Under the pieces are notes generated by a model. The model ran no database searches and was not told the origin of the DNA. It saw nothing but the letters and a program-made list of their open reading frames with translations. Positions 49,872-61,069 of a stretch of DNA of 64,000 nucleotides are shown piece by piece. Positions within the stretch are counted from its first letter, which is position 1. Each line of letters starts with the position of its first letter. A program made the translations under genes and the position numbers. This stretch comes from an uncultured delta proteobacterium (GTDB lineage: Bacteria > Myxococcota_A > Polyangia > Polyangiales > Polyangiaceae), in NCBI GenBank assembly GCA_963839305.1, contig CAWIUL010000011.1:2633561-2697560 (forward strand), in the 5' to 3' direction.

Positions 49872-49936
49872 GCGCCGCGCGTCCGTGCGCGAGTGCTTGC
49901 ACGCGGGGGCCGCGAAAAGTATGTTCCGCGGCCTTC

Positions 49937-50024
49937 GGAGAGGTGACCGAGTGGCCGAAGGTACTCGCTTGCTAAGCGAGCGTAGGTCAAAAGCCTACCG
50001 CGGGTTCGAATCCCGCCCTCTCCG
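49937..50024 (+). tRNA. tRNA-Ser (anticodon GCU).
   Basis: Cloverleaf: acceptor GGAGAGG/CCTCTCC, anticodon stem CTCGC/GCGAG with loop TTGCTAA, long variable arm, T-arm GCGGGTTCGAATCCCGC. Confidence 0.9.
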
Positions 50025-50037
50025 CTAAGCTTCCGCG

Positions 50038-50454
50038 ATGAGCTTTGAAGAGGCGTGGGTCCTCCCGAAACCGGTCGAGTCGTATGGGACCGACGATCTC
50101 ATCGCGCGCGTCCGCGCGCTCTTGCCCGAAGGCGTTACCATCTCCGCCTTCGGCGACGTCGATCGCGCGATCACCGTCGAGTTTCCCGCGACGCTCGTCG
50201 ACGCGATCGCCGCGAAGCTCTCGGCGCGCGATGGACAGCTCGATTGGGACTGGCGCCGCGAGCTCGACCCGCCGCGCAAAGGCGATCGTTATCGCGTCGA
50301 CCTCGACGTCGTCGACGACGAGCGCCCGCTGATTCGCGTCGCGTCGAACGACGGCGACAACCGCGAAGCGTGGCCGCTCGTCTTCAGCATCGCGTCGAGC
50401 CTCGCCGAAGATCTCGGCGCGGTCGACGCGGAGGACGAAATCCCGCCGCGCTGA
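50038..50454 (+). CDS. Hypothetical protein (138 aa).
   Basis: ORF begins 14 nt after the tRNA. Acidic, coding-like. No motif. Confidence 0.45.
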   Translation: MSFEEAWVLPKPVESYGTDDLIARVRALLPEGVTISAFGDVDRAITVEFPATLVDAIAAKLSARDGQLDWDWRRELDPPRKGDRYRVDLDVVDDERPLIRVASNDGDNREAWPLVFSIASSLAEDLGAVDAEDEIPPR

Positions 50455-50596
50455 GACATCCGCGATCCACCCTTTTGTCGCATGGAGTCCCATGTTTCGT
50501 TCAGCGCGGCGGCATTGTTTCGTCCATGCTGCTTTCGCGGTGATTTTCAGGTGGATTTAGACTTCATCTCGGATGAGCCATTCGTAAGCTTCGTGC

Positions 50597-51274
50597 ATGG
50601 ATCAGCACGACGACGACATCTGGCTCGTTCAACTCGTAGGCGGAGCAGTGCGCGCGATGACGCTCGACGAGCTCGACGCGGCCTTCCAAGACGGCTCGAT
50701 CGACGAAGACACTTTCGTCCGTCGCGACGGCGCGTCGAAGTGGAGCCGCCTTCGTGACGAGCTCGGTGGCGAGGAGCCCGCAGCGCCTGTCCCGATGCAG
50801 ACGTACGCGCCGCCCGCGCCCGTCGTGTCGTATCCCACGAGCTACAGCGTTCGACCCGTCGTGTCGGAGATCGACACGAGCGAGCTCGTCTCGCCGTTCG
50901 CGAGGAAATCGAAGAAGCCCATCTTCATCGGCGCGGGCCTCGCCGCCGCGGCCGCCGTCGCGATCGCCGCGTTCGGCGCGACGAAGCTGAAGAACGCACC
51001 CATCGCCGACGTGAACGCGTCCGTCGCGAACGCCGTGCAGGCGCCGCAAGTGGTCACGCCGCCGCCGCCGGTCGATCCGCAACCGGTCGCGAAGCCCGCG
51101 CTCAACGAGGACGTGAAAAAAGCCCTCGCCGCGAAAGACACGCAGTTCACCCAGAAGATGGATCAGAAGCGAAAGGACCGCGCCAAGTACGTCGCGCCGA
51201 CGACGCACAAGACGCAGCCTCCGCCGTTCCACAAGGGCGGCAACGCGTACGACCCGCTCAACGCGAAGCTCTAA
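50597..51274 (+). CDS. Hypothetical membrane-anchored protein with an N-terminal GYF-like (DUF4339-type) domain.
   Basis: DIWLVQLVGGAVRAMTLDELDAAFQDGSIDEDTFVRRDGASKWSRL, then a Pro-rich linker, a TM helix and a Pro/Lys-rich tail. Confidence 0.5.
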   Translation: MDQHDDDIWLVQLVGGAVRAMTLDELDAAFQDGSIDEDTFVRRDGASKWSRLRDELGGEEPAAPVPMQTYAPPAPVVSYPTSYSVRPVVSEIDTSELVSPFARKSKKPIFIGAGLAAAAAVAIAAFGATKLKNAPIADVNASVANAVQAPQVVTPPPPVDPQPVAKPALNEDVKKALAAKDTQFTQKMDQKRKDRAKYVAPTTHKTQPPPFHKGGNAYDPLNAKL

Positions 51275-51819
51275 GCCACGAACGGAACCTTTCCGGGCGG
51301 ATCGCCAGGCTCGATCAGCCAAAACCAATAGTCTTCCGCCTCCCACGTGTAGAGGCTCCGCCGACCGCGAAACCGTGGCCGCGTCCGAAACATTCTCGCG
51401 AGCGCAGTGCACGAGTGAAGAAACGCGTTGCGCCGATTCATGGCGTCCGCCTCCGCGTGCCCGTCCGTCAGCCCGTAATCCATTTCAACCGCGATGTTGC
51501 CGCTCTCGACGCAGTCATCGAACGCGCTCTCGAAGATCGCGCGCCCGCGCTGCGTCAACATGACGAGCCACGTTCGCCCATCGGCCGCCCGCACGCGCTT
51601 CACCCACGAAAGCGCTTGGAGCACGCGCACCATCTCGGAGATCACCGAGCGCACCACGTTCAGCCGCTTCCACAAGTCGCTCTGTTTCAGCCCCTTTCTT
51701 CCGAGCGCGTTCATCAGGTCGAACCGCGCAGGCGTGAGCCCATAAGGTCGCAGCCGCTTCCGTCCTACACCCTGAACCGCCAGATGCGCGGCCTTCGTCT
51801 CGAACATCAAAGCATCCAT
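51271..51819 (-). CDS. MarR family transcriptional regulator.
   Basis: Winged-helix region LTPARFDLMNALGRKGLKQSDLWKRLNVVRSVISEMVRVL...RTWLVMLTQRG. Internal ATG at 51819 chosen. Confidence 0.75.
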   Translation of the reverse strand: MDALMFETKAAHLAVQGVGRKRLRPYGLTPARFDLMNALGRKGLKQSDLWKRLNVVRSVISEMVRVLQALSWVKRVRAADGRTWLVMLTQRGRAIFESAFDDCVESGNIAVEMDYGLTDGHAEADAMNRRNAFLHSCTALARMFRTRPRFRGRRSLYTWEAEDYWFWLIEPGDPPGKVPFVA

Positions 51820-51961
51820 GGGGCGCGCCAAAGCACCCACCATGCCGTTCCAACCCACCCACTCCAAGACGCAAAATTCCGCCAGATCGTTCGGATCCGA
51901 ACGACCTGCCTCCTTTTTTGTCCTTGGCGGGGCCGGCATTGGGCCGGCCGCGGGCCAGGGG

Positions 51962-53005
51962 TTAGTCGTCCGTAAGGTCCATGACGCGCTGCTCGAGGCC
52001 GCGGCCCTTCGTGACGCCACTAATGCGGATTTGCGCGTTGAGCAGGATCCACAAGACGGCGCCGATGATGGTCTCGGCGTCCGTCTGTTTGCGCTCGAAG
52101 AAGACGCCGAGATCGCGCGCGTCCTCGTCGTACTCGTAGCGCGTCACGCCAGCGATCGCCTTGATCGCGTCGAACGGGATCGTCTGCGTCTTCGAGGCGC
52201 CCGCCGCCACAGCAGCCTTCGAGACGCGTCCGATGCGCACGTGCACCTCTTCGCTCGCCGCGGTGAGCTCGGCGATCGTGCCTGACGTGATGAGCTTTCC
52301 GTGATCGAGGATCGCGGCGGCGTCGCACACCTCTTCGAGCTCTTGGAGGTTGTGGCTCGAGATGATGACGGTGCACTTGCCCTTGAGCGCTTTGACGAGC
52401 TGACGGACCTCGTAGGCGACGCGCGGATCGAGGCCGGCGGTCGGCTCGTCGAGGAGCACGACGTCCGGATCGCCGAGGAGCGCTTGCGCGAGCGCGACGC
52501 GCTTGGCCATGCCGTGCGAGAGGTTCGAGCAGCGCATGTCCCACCACTCGAGACCGCCGACCTCGCGGAGCGCGTCACGCGCTGCGGCGATGGCCTTCGT
52601 GGGCGGGATGTCTTGCAGGCGCGCCATGTGAATCAAGAACTCGCCGACGCGATCGAGCGCCGGGAGCAGCGCGTCCTGCGGGAGGACGCCGAGGCGACCG
52701 CGAAGCTCGTCGACGCTGCGCGAAGAGAAGCCGAGCACCTCGACGCTGCCGCCCGTCGGCTCGAGGTAGCCCGCCATCATCGAGAACGTGGTCGTCTTGC
52801 CGGCGCCGTTTGGCCCGATGAGGCCGTAAATCCAGCCTGCGCGGATGTTGAGCGTGAGCTCGTCGACCGCGAGCTTGTCGCCGAAGCGCTTGGTCACGTT
52901 CGTCAGCTTCACGGCCGACTCGTGGACCTTCTTCTTTTTGGCCGGTTTGTCCGCGTCGGACTTCTCCTCGGACTTCTCCGGCTCCTGCGTGCTCTCGGCG
53001 ACCAT
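51962..53005 (-). CDS. ABC transporter ATP-binding protein (ABC-2 type).
   Basis: Walker A GPNGAGKTT, signature LSHGMAKR, Walker B VVLLDEP. ATG at 53003-53005 overlaps the permease stop. Confidence 0.9.
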   Translation of the reverse strand: MVAESTQEPEKSEEKSDADKPAKKKKVHESAVKLTNVTKRFGDKLAVDELTLNIRAGWIYGLIGPNGAGKTTTFSMMAGYLEPTGGSVEVLGFSSRSVDELRGRLGVLPQDALLPALDRVGEFLIHMARLQDIPPTKAIAAARDALREVGGLEWWDMRCSNLSHGMAKRVALAQALLGDPDVVLLDEPTAGLDPRVAYEVRQLVKALKGKCTVIISSHNLQELEEVCDAAAILDHGKLITSGTIAELTAASEEVHVRIGRVSKAAVAAGASKTQTIPFDAIKAIAGVTRYEYDEDARDLGVFFERKQTDAETIIGAVLWILLNAQIRISGVTKGRGLEQRVMDLTDD

Positions 53006-53910
53006 CAGACGTCCTTCTTCGCGAAGAGAACCGTCGCGAGCCCGACGAACACGAGCATGTAGATCGCGCACGCCGCCGTCCCTTTCGCGAAGTCGATCGG
53101 CTTCGGCGAAAGCAAGAGGTCGTCGTAGCCGTTCGGGTAGAGGTACTCGTACCAGTGGATGTTGGTGACGATCGATCGCGAGACGCCCTTCGACGCGGCG
53201 CTCGATTGCTGGAGCGCGGTCCCCCAGCGCACCGCCCACCCGATGAAGCCGGGTAGCCACATGCAGAAGAACGCGGCGAACGTCGTGAGGAGCGCGAGCA
53301 GCGGCGTCTTGAAGCGCGAGCTGACGAACGTCGCGACCGCGGTCCACGTGCCGACGATCATCGCGGAGATGAACCAGCAGCGAAGGCCCCACGTGAAGAA
53401 ATCACCGATGGTGATGTAGCCGCGGATGAGCACCGCGATGCTCGAGATCACCGTGAGCGCGAGGGTGACGATCGAGACGATGCCCCAGAGGCCGAAGAAC
53501 TTTCCGAGGAGGTACGACCAGCGGCGCGTGCGCACGGTCCAGTAGCGGACGCTGCGGTGCTGCAGGTCCCCGCTGATCGAATCGAACCCGAGGAGCGCGA
53601 CGAGCGCAGGGCCGATCCACACGAGCACCTTCAAGAAGGTGACGAGCGAGAGCGGCATGTGCGCGACGTAATGCGCGACCGTGGGATCGGCGCCGGCCTT
53701 CGCGGCGGCGGCTTCGTATGCCTCTTGGTAGGCTGCGGTGGAGTCCGCGCCGAGGTCTTGGCGCACGCCGGACTCGATCCAGATGCAGATCAAGACGGCG
53801 AGGAAGCTCCCAAGGAGCGTCAGGATCCCGAAAATGATGCCTTTGACGCTGCGGATGCTCTTTTTGAGCTCGCGTCCGGCAACGAGTGCGATTTCGGTAG
53901 CGGGGCTCAC
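53005..53910 (-). CDS. ABC-2 family transporter permease.
   Basis: Six TM helices. GTG start at 53910 with AAGGAAG upstream preferred over the ATG at 54138. Confidence 0.7.
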   Translation of the reverse strand: MSPATEIALVAGRELKKSIRSVKGIIFGILTLLGSFLAVLICIWIESGVRQDLGADSTAAYQEAYEAAAAKAGADPTVAHYVAHMPLSLVTFLKVLVWIGPALVALLGFDSISGDLQHRSVRYWTVRTRRWSYLLGKFFGLWGIVSIVTLALTVISSIAVLIRGYITIGDFFTWGLRCWFISAMIVGTWTAVATFVSSRFKTPLLALLTTFAAFFCMWLPGFIGWAVRWGTALQQSSAASKGVSRSIVTNIHWYEYLYPNGYDDLLLSPKPIDFAKGTAACAIYMLVFVGLATVLFAKKDV

Positions 53911-54204
53911 GGGCTTCCTTTTGTAGTCTGCGAGTGCTACGAAGTCATCAGCGGGATTGTTCCCCGCTTTTGTGGCCTCATCGACTCGGAAGCGTGAACC
54001 CCGCCAGGCCCGAGAGGGAGCAACGGTAGCGTGGAAGGGTGTGATGGGGCCTTTGCCTTTAAGGGCCGAAGGCGCTAGACCAGCCTTCAGGGAGCTCCCT
54101 CCCCAAAGTTTTTCGGTTCCGTTGATGCCCTCGGGCATCCGGAGCTTTCCTCACCACCTCAAGCTTCCGGTCGTGCCGCTCTGCGGCAGACCTTTTCGAG
54201 ATCC

Positions 54205-56405
<2,201 letters not shown>

Positions 56406-56409
<4 letters not shown>

Positions 56410-56723
56410 GCGACCAAAAGCGCGCGGAAGAGCGGCTCACCATCAACAAAGAGTTCGAGTCGTTCGACGCGTTCATCCAGGAATACGTCACGAACATCTC
56501 GAAGACCGGCGTCTTCGTGCGAACGCAAACGCCGCTGCCGATCGGCACGAAGGTGAACCTGTGCTTCTCGGTCATCACCGACACCGTCGAGACGATCGAG
56601 GGCGTGGGCGAGGTCGTCCGCGTCGAGACGAACGCAAACGGGCCCATGGGCATGGGCGTCGTCTTCCGCGAGCTCTCGAGCTTCTCGCGCGATCTCCTCG
56701 ACAAGCTCCTCACGCGCCGCTGA
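56406..56723 (+). CDS. PilZ domain protein (105 aa).
   Basis: PilZ-like beta-barrel motifs (TGVFVRTQTPLPIGTKV). ATGA overlap with the RNase E/G stop. Confidence 0.7.
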
Positions 56724-56730
56724 AGCGGCG

Positions 56731-57769
56731 TTACTGGATGCGCTCGGCGAGGTACTTCATCGCCTTCGGGTAGCGGTACTCGATGGCGGCGTGGGTCGCG
56801 TCGAAGAGCTCGAAGAAGTAGTGCTTGTCGCGCTGCATGCCGAGCTTATCGAGCTCGCGGCGGAACGCTTCGGCGCCGATGTCGAGGAAGTACTCGTCGC
56901 GTTTTCCCGCGTCGATGTAGATTGCACGCATCGATTGGAGCGCCTTGGCGTAATCGGGCTTGCGCGCCATGTAGACGGGATCGAGCGCTTGCCAGCGGGC
57001 CCACACCTCGGGGATGCGCTCGCCGGTGTCGGTGTCGAACGGCATGCGGACGGTGCCGTCGGGGTCCGCGGAGTAGCAGGCGGCCATGCAGTAGTCGTTG
57101 AGGAGCGTGTGGTCGCTCGATTTGCTCAGCGCGGGGCGCGAGCGGAAGTCGGCCCAGAATTTTTCGAAGCTGCCGCCGTAGTTGTCGCGGAGAGCGCGGA
57201 CCGTGTCGCCGAACGAGCGCGCGTAGCAGAGGTCGAACATCGCGTCGCCCGCGTGCGTCGCGAGCGCGCCGAAGACGTCGGGGCGCATCATCGGGACGAC
57301 CATCGCGCCGTAACCGCCGCTCGATTTTCCGGTGAGCGCGCGGTGCGCGCTTGCGGCCTTCGTGCGGTATTTCGCGTCGACGAATGGCACGACATCGTCG
57401 CACAAGTACGTCATGTATTTCCCCGTGCCGGGGGAGTCGACGTATTGGCTTCCGCCGAGCGACGTCCACGCGTCGACCATCACGACGAGGCACGGGGCGC
57501 GCCGCGTCGCTCGAGAACATCTCGTCGACGAGCTCGATCACGTTGGGCCGAAACGCGGCGCGGTTGCGCCACATGTCGACCTGGCCCGTGAGGCCTTGAA
57601 TCAAATAGATGGTCGAGAACCGCTGCGCGGCGTTCTTTTCGTACGCCGGTGGGCGATACACCCAGAGCGGTCGCACGTGCGGATCGCCCAGCCGATTGCC
57701 CTGGAGCGCGCGGCTGTCGATCTCGAGCTCATCGAGCTTGCCGCGCAGCGGAGTCGACCACGGCTTCAC
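56731..57769 (-). pseudogene. Esterase D / S-formylglutathione-hydrolase-like esterase, apparent frameshift near 57485.
   Basis: N-terminal third in the frame of ORF 56846..57769 (…VDEMFSSDAA). The remainder is in the frame of ORF 56731..57483 (VDAWTSLGGSQYVDSP, GKSSGGYGA nucleophile elbow). Confidence 0.65.
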
Positions 57770-58344
57770 TCGTCCTCTTTTTCTTCCTCGTCCTCGTCGT
57801 CGTCGTCTTCGTCTTCGTCATCGAGCTCGTCGGCGATCTCTTCCCAGAGCTCGTCGTCGCTCTCGGTCTCGTAGTCCGCTTCGTCCTCGCCGACGTCGAC
57901 GAGCGATGCACGGAACTCGTCGAGCGACTTGGCGATCATGTAGACGCCGGTCGTGTAACCGTCGCCGTCCTCGCGGAAGTTCTCTTCGTTGAAGAGGCCC
58001 ACGGGACAGCTCGGGTCGTCGATTTTCGCGACGATGTAGCTCGACTGCTCGACGCCGAAGATCGGAACGAACCGATCGGCGTCTTCCCACTCGCCGTCCT
58101 CGCCGACGACGGCGTCGTCGAGGTTGGCCGCGGCCGCGGCCTCCCACGACGGAGGAACGGTGACGAGTCGGAACGTGCCGGGCTCGAAACCCGGCACGTC
58201 CAACTTCGCGCATTTGCCCTCGCAATTGAACGCGGCGCCGCTCGCGAAGAAGACCTGGAGCTTCTTCGGGATCTCGACGTCGTAGAGGTCCGCGAACCGT
58301 TGCAAGAGCGCCGCAGCGACTTGCTGCTTTTCGTCGAATTCCAT
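57766..58344 (-). CDS. Hypothetical protein with a SMI1/KNR4(SUKH)-like core and a poly-acidic C-terminal tail.
   Basis: Internal ATG at 58344 chosen because the upstream part of the ORF is Arg-rich junk. The tail ends DDEDEDDDDEDEEEKEDE. Confidence 0.5.
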   Translation of the reverse strand: MEFDEKQQVAAALLQRFADLYDVEIPKKLQVFFASGAAFNCEGKCAKLDVPGFEPGTFRLVTVPPSWEAAAAANLDDAVVGEDGEWEDADRFVPIFGVEQSSYIVAKIDDPSCPVGLFNEENFREDGDGYTTGVYMIAKSLDEFRASLVDVGEDEADYETESDDELWEEIADELDDEDEDDDDEDEEEKEDE

Positions 58345-58355
58345 CGAGCTCCTGA

Positions 58356-58958
58356 CTAGTGCGAGTGCGTCGCCGCGGCGAATCGCTTCGCGACGTTGTC
58401 CCAGTTGACCACGCTCCACCAGGCCGCGACGTAGTCGGCGCGCTTGTTCTGGTACTTCAGGTAGTACGCGTGCTCCCACGCGTCGCAGATGAGGAGCGGG
58501 ATCGCGCCGGGGAACGCGCTGTTCTGGTGGTTCATGAGGGCGAGCGTGATGAGGCGCTTGCCGAGCGGCTCCCACGCGAGGAGACCCCAGCCCGAGCCCT
58601 CGACGGTGACGGTCGCCGCGGTGAGCTCCTTCTTGAACGCTTCGAACGAGCCGAAGTCGCGCTTGATCTGATCGGCGATCGGACCCGACGGCTCGCCGCC
58701 GCCGCCCGGCTTCATGTTCTCCCAGTACTGCACGTGGTTCTGGTGACCGGCGCCGTGGAACGCGACGAGGCGCTCGTAGTGCTGCACGAGCGCGAAGTCG
58801 CCGCTCTTGCGCGCCTCTTCGAGCTTGCCGAGCGCGGCGTTCAAACCATCGACGTAGCCCTTGTGGTGCTTGTCGTGGTGGAACTCGAGCGTCGCCTTGT
58901 CGATGTGCGGCTCGAGGGCGTCGTATGCGTACGGCAGCGGGGGAAGTTCGTAGGCCAT
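58356..58958 (-). CDS. sodB: Fe/Mn superoxide dismutase.
   Basis: Full-length SOD_Fe N- and C-terminal domains (HHDKHH, DAWEHAYY). Confidence 0.95.
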   Translation of the reverse strand: MAYELPPLPYAYDALEPHIDKATLEFHHDKHHKGYVDGLNAALGKLEEARKSGDFALVQHYERLVAFHGAGHQNHVQYWENMKPGGGGEPSGPIADQIKRDFGSFEAFKKELTAATVTVEGSGWGLLAWEPLGKRLITLALMNHQNSAFPGAIPLLICDAWEHAYYLKYQNKRADYVAAWWSVVNWDNVAKRFAAATHSH

Positions 58959-59010
58959 TGCGGCTCCTTCGTGGTTGGGCCGCGTAGCCTAAGGACCAGC
59001 CGCCACCCAG

Positions 59011-59628
59011 TCAATCCAAGTACGGCTCCAGGTACCGCTGAACGAGGACTTTTGCCTCATCGAGGAGCGCGTTCGCTTGCGCGCGCGGCTTGTCGGCCGA
59101 GAGCAGGAGGAGCGCGGACATCGTCTCGATGGTGACCGTCGCGAGGAGCTTTCGGCGCGCGGGCGGGACCTTTCTCGCAAACTGCCCGAAGACCAGCTCG
59201 GACCGCTCGGCGAGCTCGCGGTTCATCGCCTGCCCCGCGTCGAGGAACCGGCGCGAGTAGAAAATGTTCGACCAGATGGCGCGAAACGTCACGCTGGTTC
59301 GATGGAGCTCGGCGAACGCGTCGATCGTCGCGTCGATGATCTTGCGCCAAGGCACGCTCGGCGCGTCGCTGCTCACGAGCACCGCGAAGAGCGCGCGCAC
59401 CTCTTCGAGGTACCGGTCGCCGATGGCGTCGTAGATCGCGAGCTTGTTCGGGAAGAATTGGTAAATCGAGCCCACCGACGTCTCGGCGCGCTCGGCGATG
59501 CTCTCGATCGTCGCGGCCTCGACCCCGCGCTCGGCGAGCTCGTGCGACGCGGCGTCCAAGATCCGCGCCACGCGCTCGCGGCTCCGTTCCTGCGCCGGCA
59601 CGCGGCGGCGCACTTTCTTCGACTTCAC
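59011..59628 (-). CDS. TetR/AcrR family transcriptional regulator.
   Basis: HTH (RVARILDAASHELAERGVEAATIESIAERAETSVGSIYQFF). GTG at 59628 preferred, so the gene does not overlap the divergent P450 start or the operator palindrome. Confidence 0.75.
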   Translation of the reverse strand: MKSKKVRRRVPAQERSRERVARILDAASHELAERGVEAATIESIAERAETSVGSIYQFFPNKLAIYDAIGDRYLEEVRALFAVLVSSDAPSVPWRKIIDATIDAFAELHRTSVTFRAIWSNIFYSRRFLDAGQAMNRELAERSELVFGQFARKVPPARRKLLATVTIETMSALLLLSADKPRAQANALLDEAKVLVQRYLEPYLD

Positions 59629-59643
59629 GCCTTGACAATAACA

Positions 59644-59657
59644 TGAGGGCGCCCTCA
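59644..59657. promoter_or_regulatory. Perfect 14-bp palindrome TGAGGGCGCCCTCA between the divergent tetR and P450 genes. Candidate TetR operator.
   Basis: Seen directly in sequence. Located 18 nt upstream of the P450 ATG. Confidence 0.45.
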
Positions 59658-59674
59658 CATTCGAGGACCCAAAC

Positions 59675-61069
59675 ATGAGGCAATCTTCACATTTGCTTTT
59701 CCCGCCCGGCCCGCCGGGTTTGCCCGTCGTCGGCAGCGCGTTCACGGCGCTCCGCGATCCGCTCGGCCTGTTCATGCAGGCGACGCGCGAGCACGGCGAC
59801 ATCGTCGGCTTCCGGATGCTGCACCTTCGTTACGTGCTCCTCACGAACCCGGACGCGATCCGTCACGTGCTCGTCGAGAACCACAAGAACTACACGAAGA
59901 GCCGCAACTACAAGGGCCTCAAGGTCATCCTCGGCGAGGGGCTCGTCACGAGCGAGGGCGAGACGTGGCGAAAGCAGCGGAGGCTCATGCAGCCCGCGTT
60001 TCACCGCGAGCGCATTCAGTCCTTCGTGCAGGCGATCACCGAGTGCACGCGCGACATGCTCGCGCGGTGGGGCGGAGAGACGGAGCTCGACGTCCACCGG
60101 GAGATGAGCCGGCTCACGTTCCGCGTCGTCGGGCGCGCGCTCCTCTCGCGCGAGCTCGAAGGCGAGGCGAGCGCGATCGGCGAGGCGCTCACCGTCGGCC
60201 TCCACTGGGCCAACGACTACGCCGAGGCGCTCGTGCCCATCCCGCCGTCGATCCCGACGCGAAAGAACCGGCGCCTCAAGGAGGCGATGCGCACGTTCGA
60301 CGCGCTCATCCAGCGCACGATCCAGGAGCGTCGGCGCGACGGGCACAAGGACGATCTCCTCTCGATGCTGCTCGAGGCGCGCGACGAGGAGACGGGCGAG
60401 GCGATGAGCGACAAACAGCTCCGAGACGAGCTCATCACGATGGTCTCGGCGGGCCACGAGACGACGGCGAACGCGCTCGCCTTCGCGCTCTATCTCCTCT
60501 CGAAGAACCCGGAGTGGATGCGCGCGGTGCGCGAGGAAGCGAGCGAGGTCTTCGGCGATAGGCTGCCGAGCTTCGACGACGTGAAGAAGCTTCGCGTCGC
60601 GTCGATGGTGATCGAAGAGGCGATGCGGCTCTATCCGCCGGTGTGGACGTTCGAGCGGCGCGCGCTCGAGGCCGATCGCGTCGGCGGGCTCGAGATCCCG
60701 AAGGACGCGACCGTGGGCATCTCGCCGTACGCGCTCCATCGGTCGCCGAAGCTCTGGGACGACCCGGAGCGCTTCGACCCGACGCGCTTCGAGCCGCGCG
60801 CCAAGGAGACGAGGCACAAATACGCGTACATGCCGTTCGGCGGCGGGCCGCGCACCTGCATCGGGAACGTGTTCGCGCTGACCGAGGCGACGATCGTGCT
60901 CGCGATGATCGTGCGGCGGTTCGCCTTCGAGCTCGTGCCGGGCTACGAGCTCGCGCTCGAGGCGCAGGTCACGCTTCGACCGAAGAACGGCGTCCGGATG
61001 CGCCTCGGTCAGCCGCCCGCGAGATCGCGGCGGAGCGAGGCGAGCGCTGGCGTCACGCCGCTCGGGTAG
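59675..61069 (+). CDS. Cytochrome P450.
   Basis: Heme-binding loop FGGGPRTCIGNVFAL, ExxR (EEAMRLYPP), I-helix AGHETT. Confidence 0.95.
   Translation: MRQSSHLLFPPGPPGLPVVGSAFTALRDPLGLFMQATREHGDIVGFRMLHLRYVLLTNPDAIRHVLVENHKNYTKSRNYKGLKVILGEGLVTSEGETWRKQRRLMQPAFHRERIQSFVQAITECTRDMLARWGGETELDVHREMSRLTFRVVGRALLSRELEGEASAIGEALTVGLHWANDYAEALVPIPPSIPTRKNRRLKEAMRTFDALIQRTIQERRRDGHKDDLLSMLLEARDEETGEAMSDKQLRDELITMVSAGHETTANALAFALYLLSKNPEWMRAVREEASEVFGDRLPSFDDVKKLRVASMVIEEAMRLYPPVWTFERRALEADRVGGLEIPKDATVGISPYALHRSPKLWDDPERFDPTRFEPRAKETRHKYAYMPFGGGPRTCIGNVFALTEATIVLAMIVRRFAFELVPGYELALEAQVTLRPKNGVRMRLGQPPARSRRSEASAGVTPLG

Noticed and set aside
49905-49930. GGCCGCG…CGCGGCC stem-loop between yceI and tRNA-Ser, as a possible terminator.
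   Set aside because: The 12-nt loop and absence of a U-tract make a rho-independent terminator call unreliable in this GC-rich genome.
49937-51300. Possible integrated element at the tRNA-Ser 3' end.
   Set aside because: No integrase, no direct repeat of the tRNA 3' end found, and the downstream genes have native GC content.
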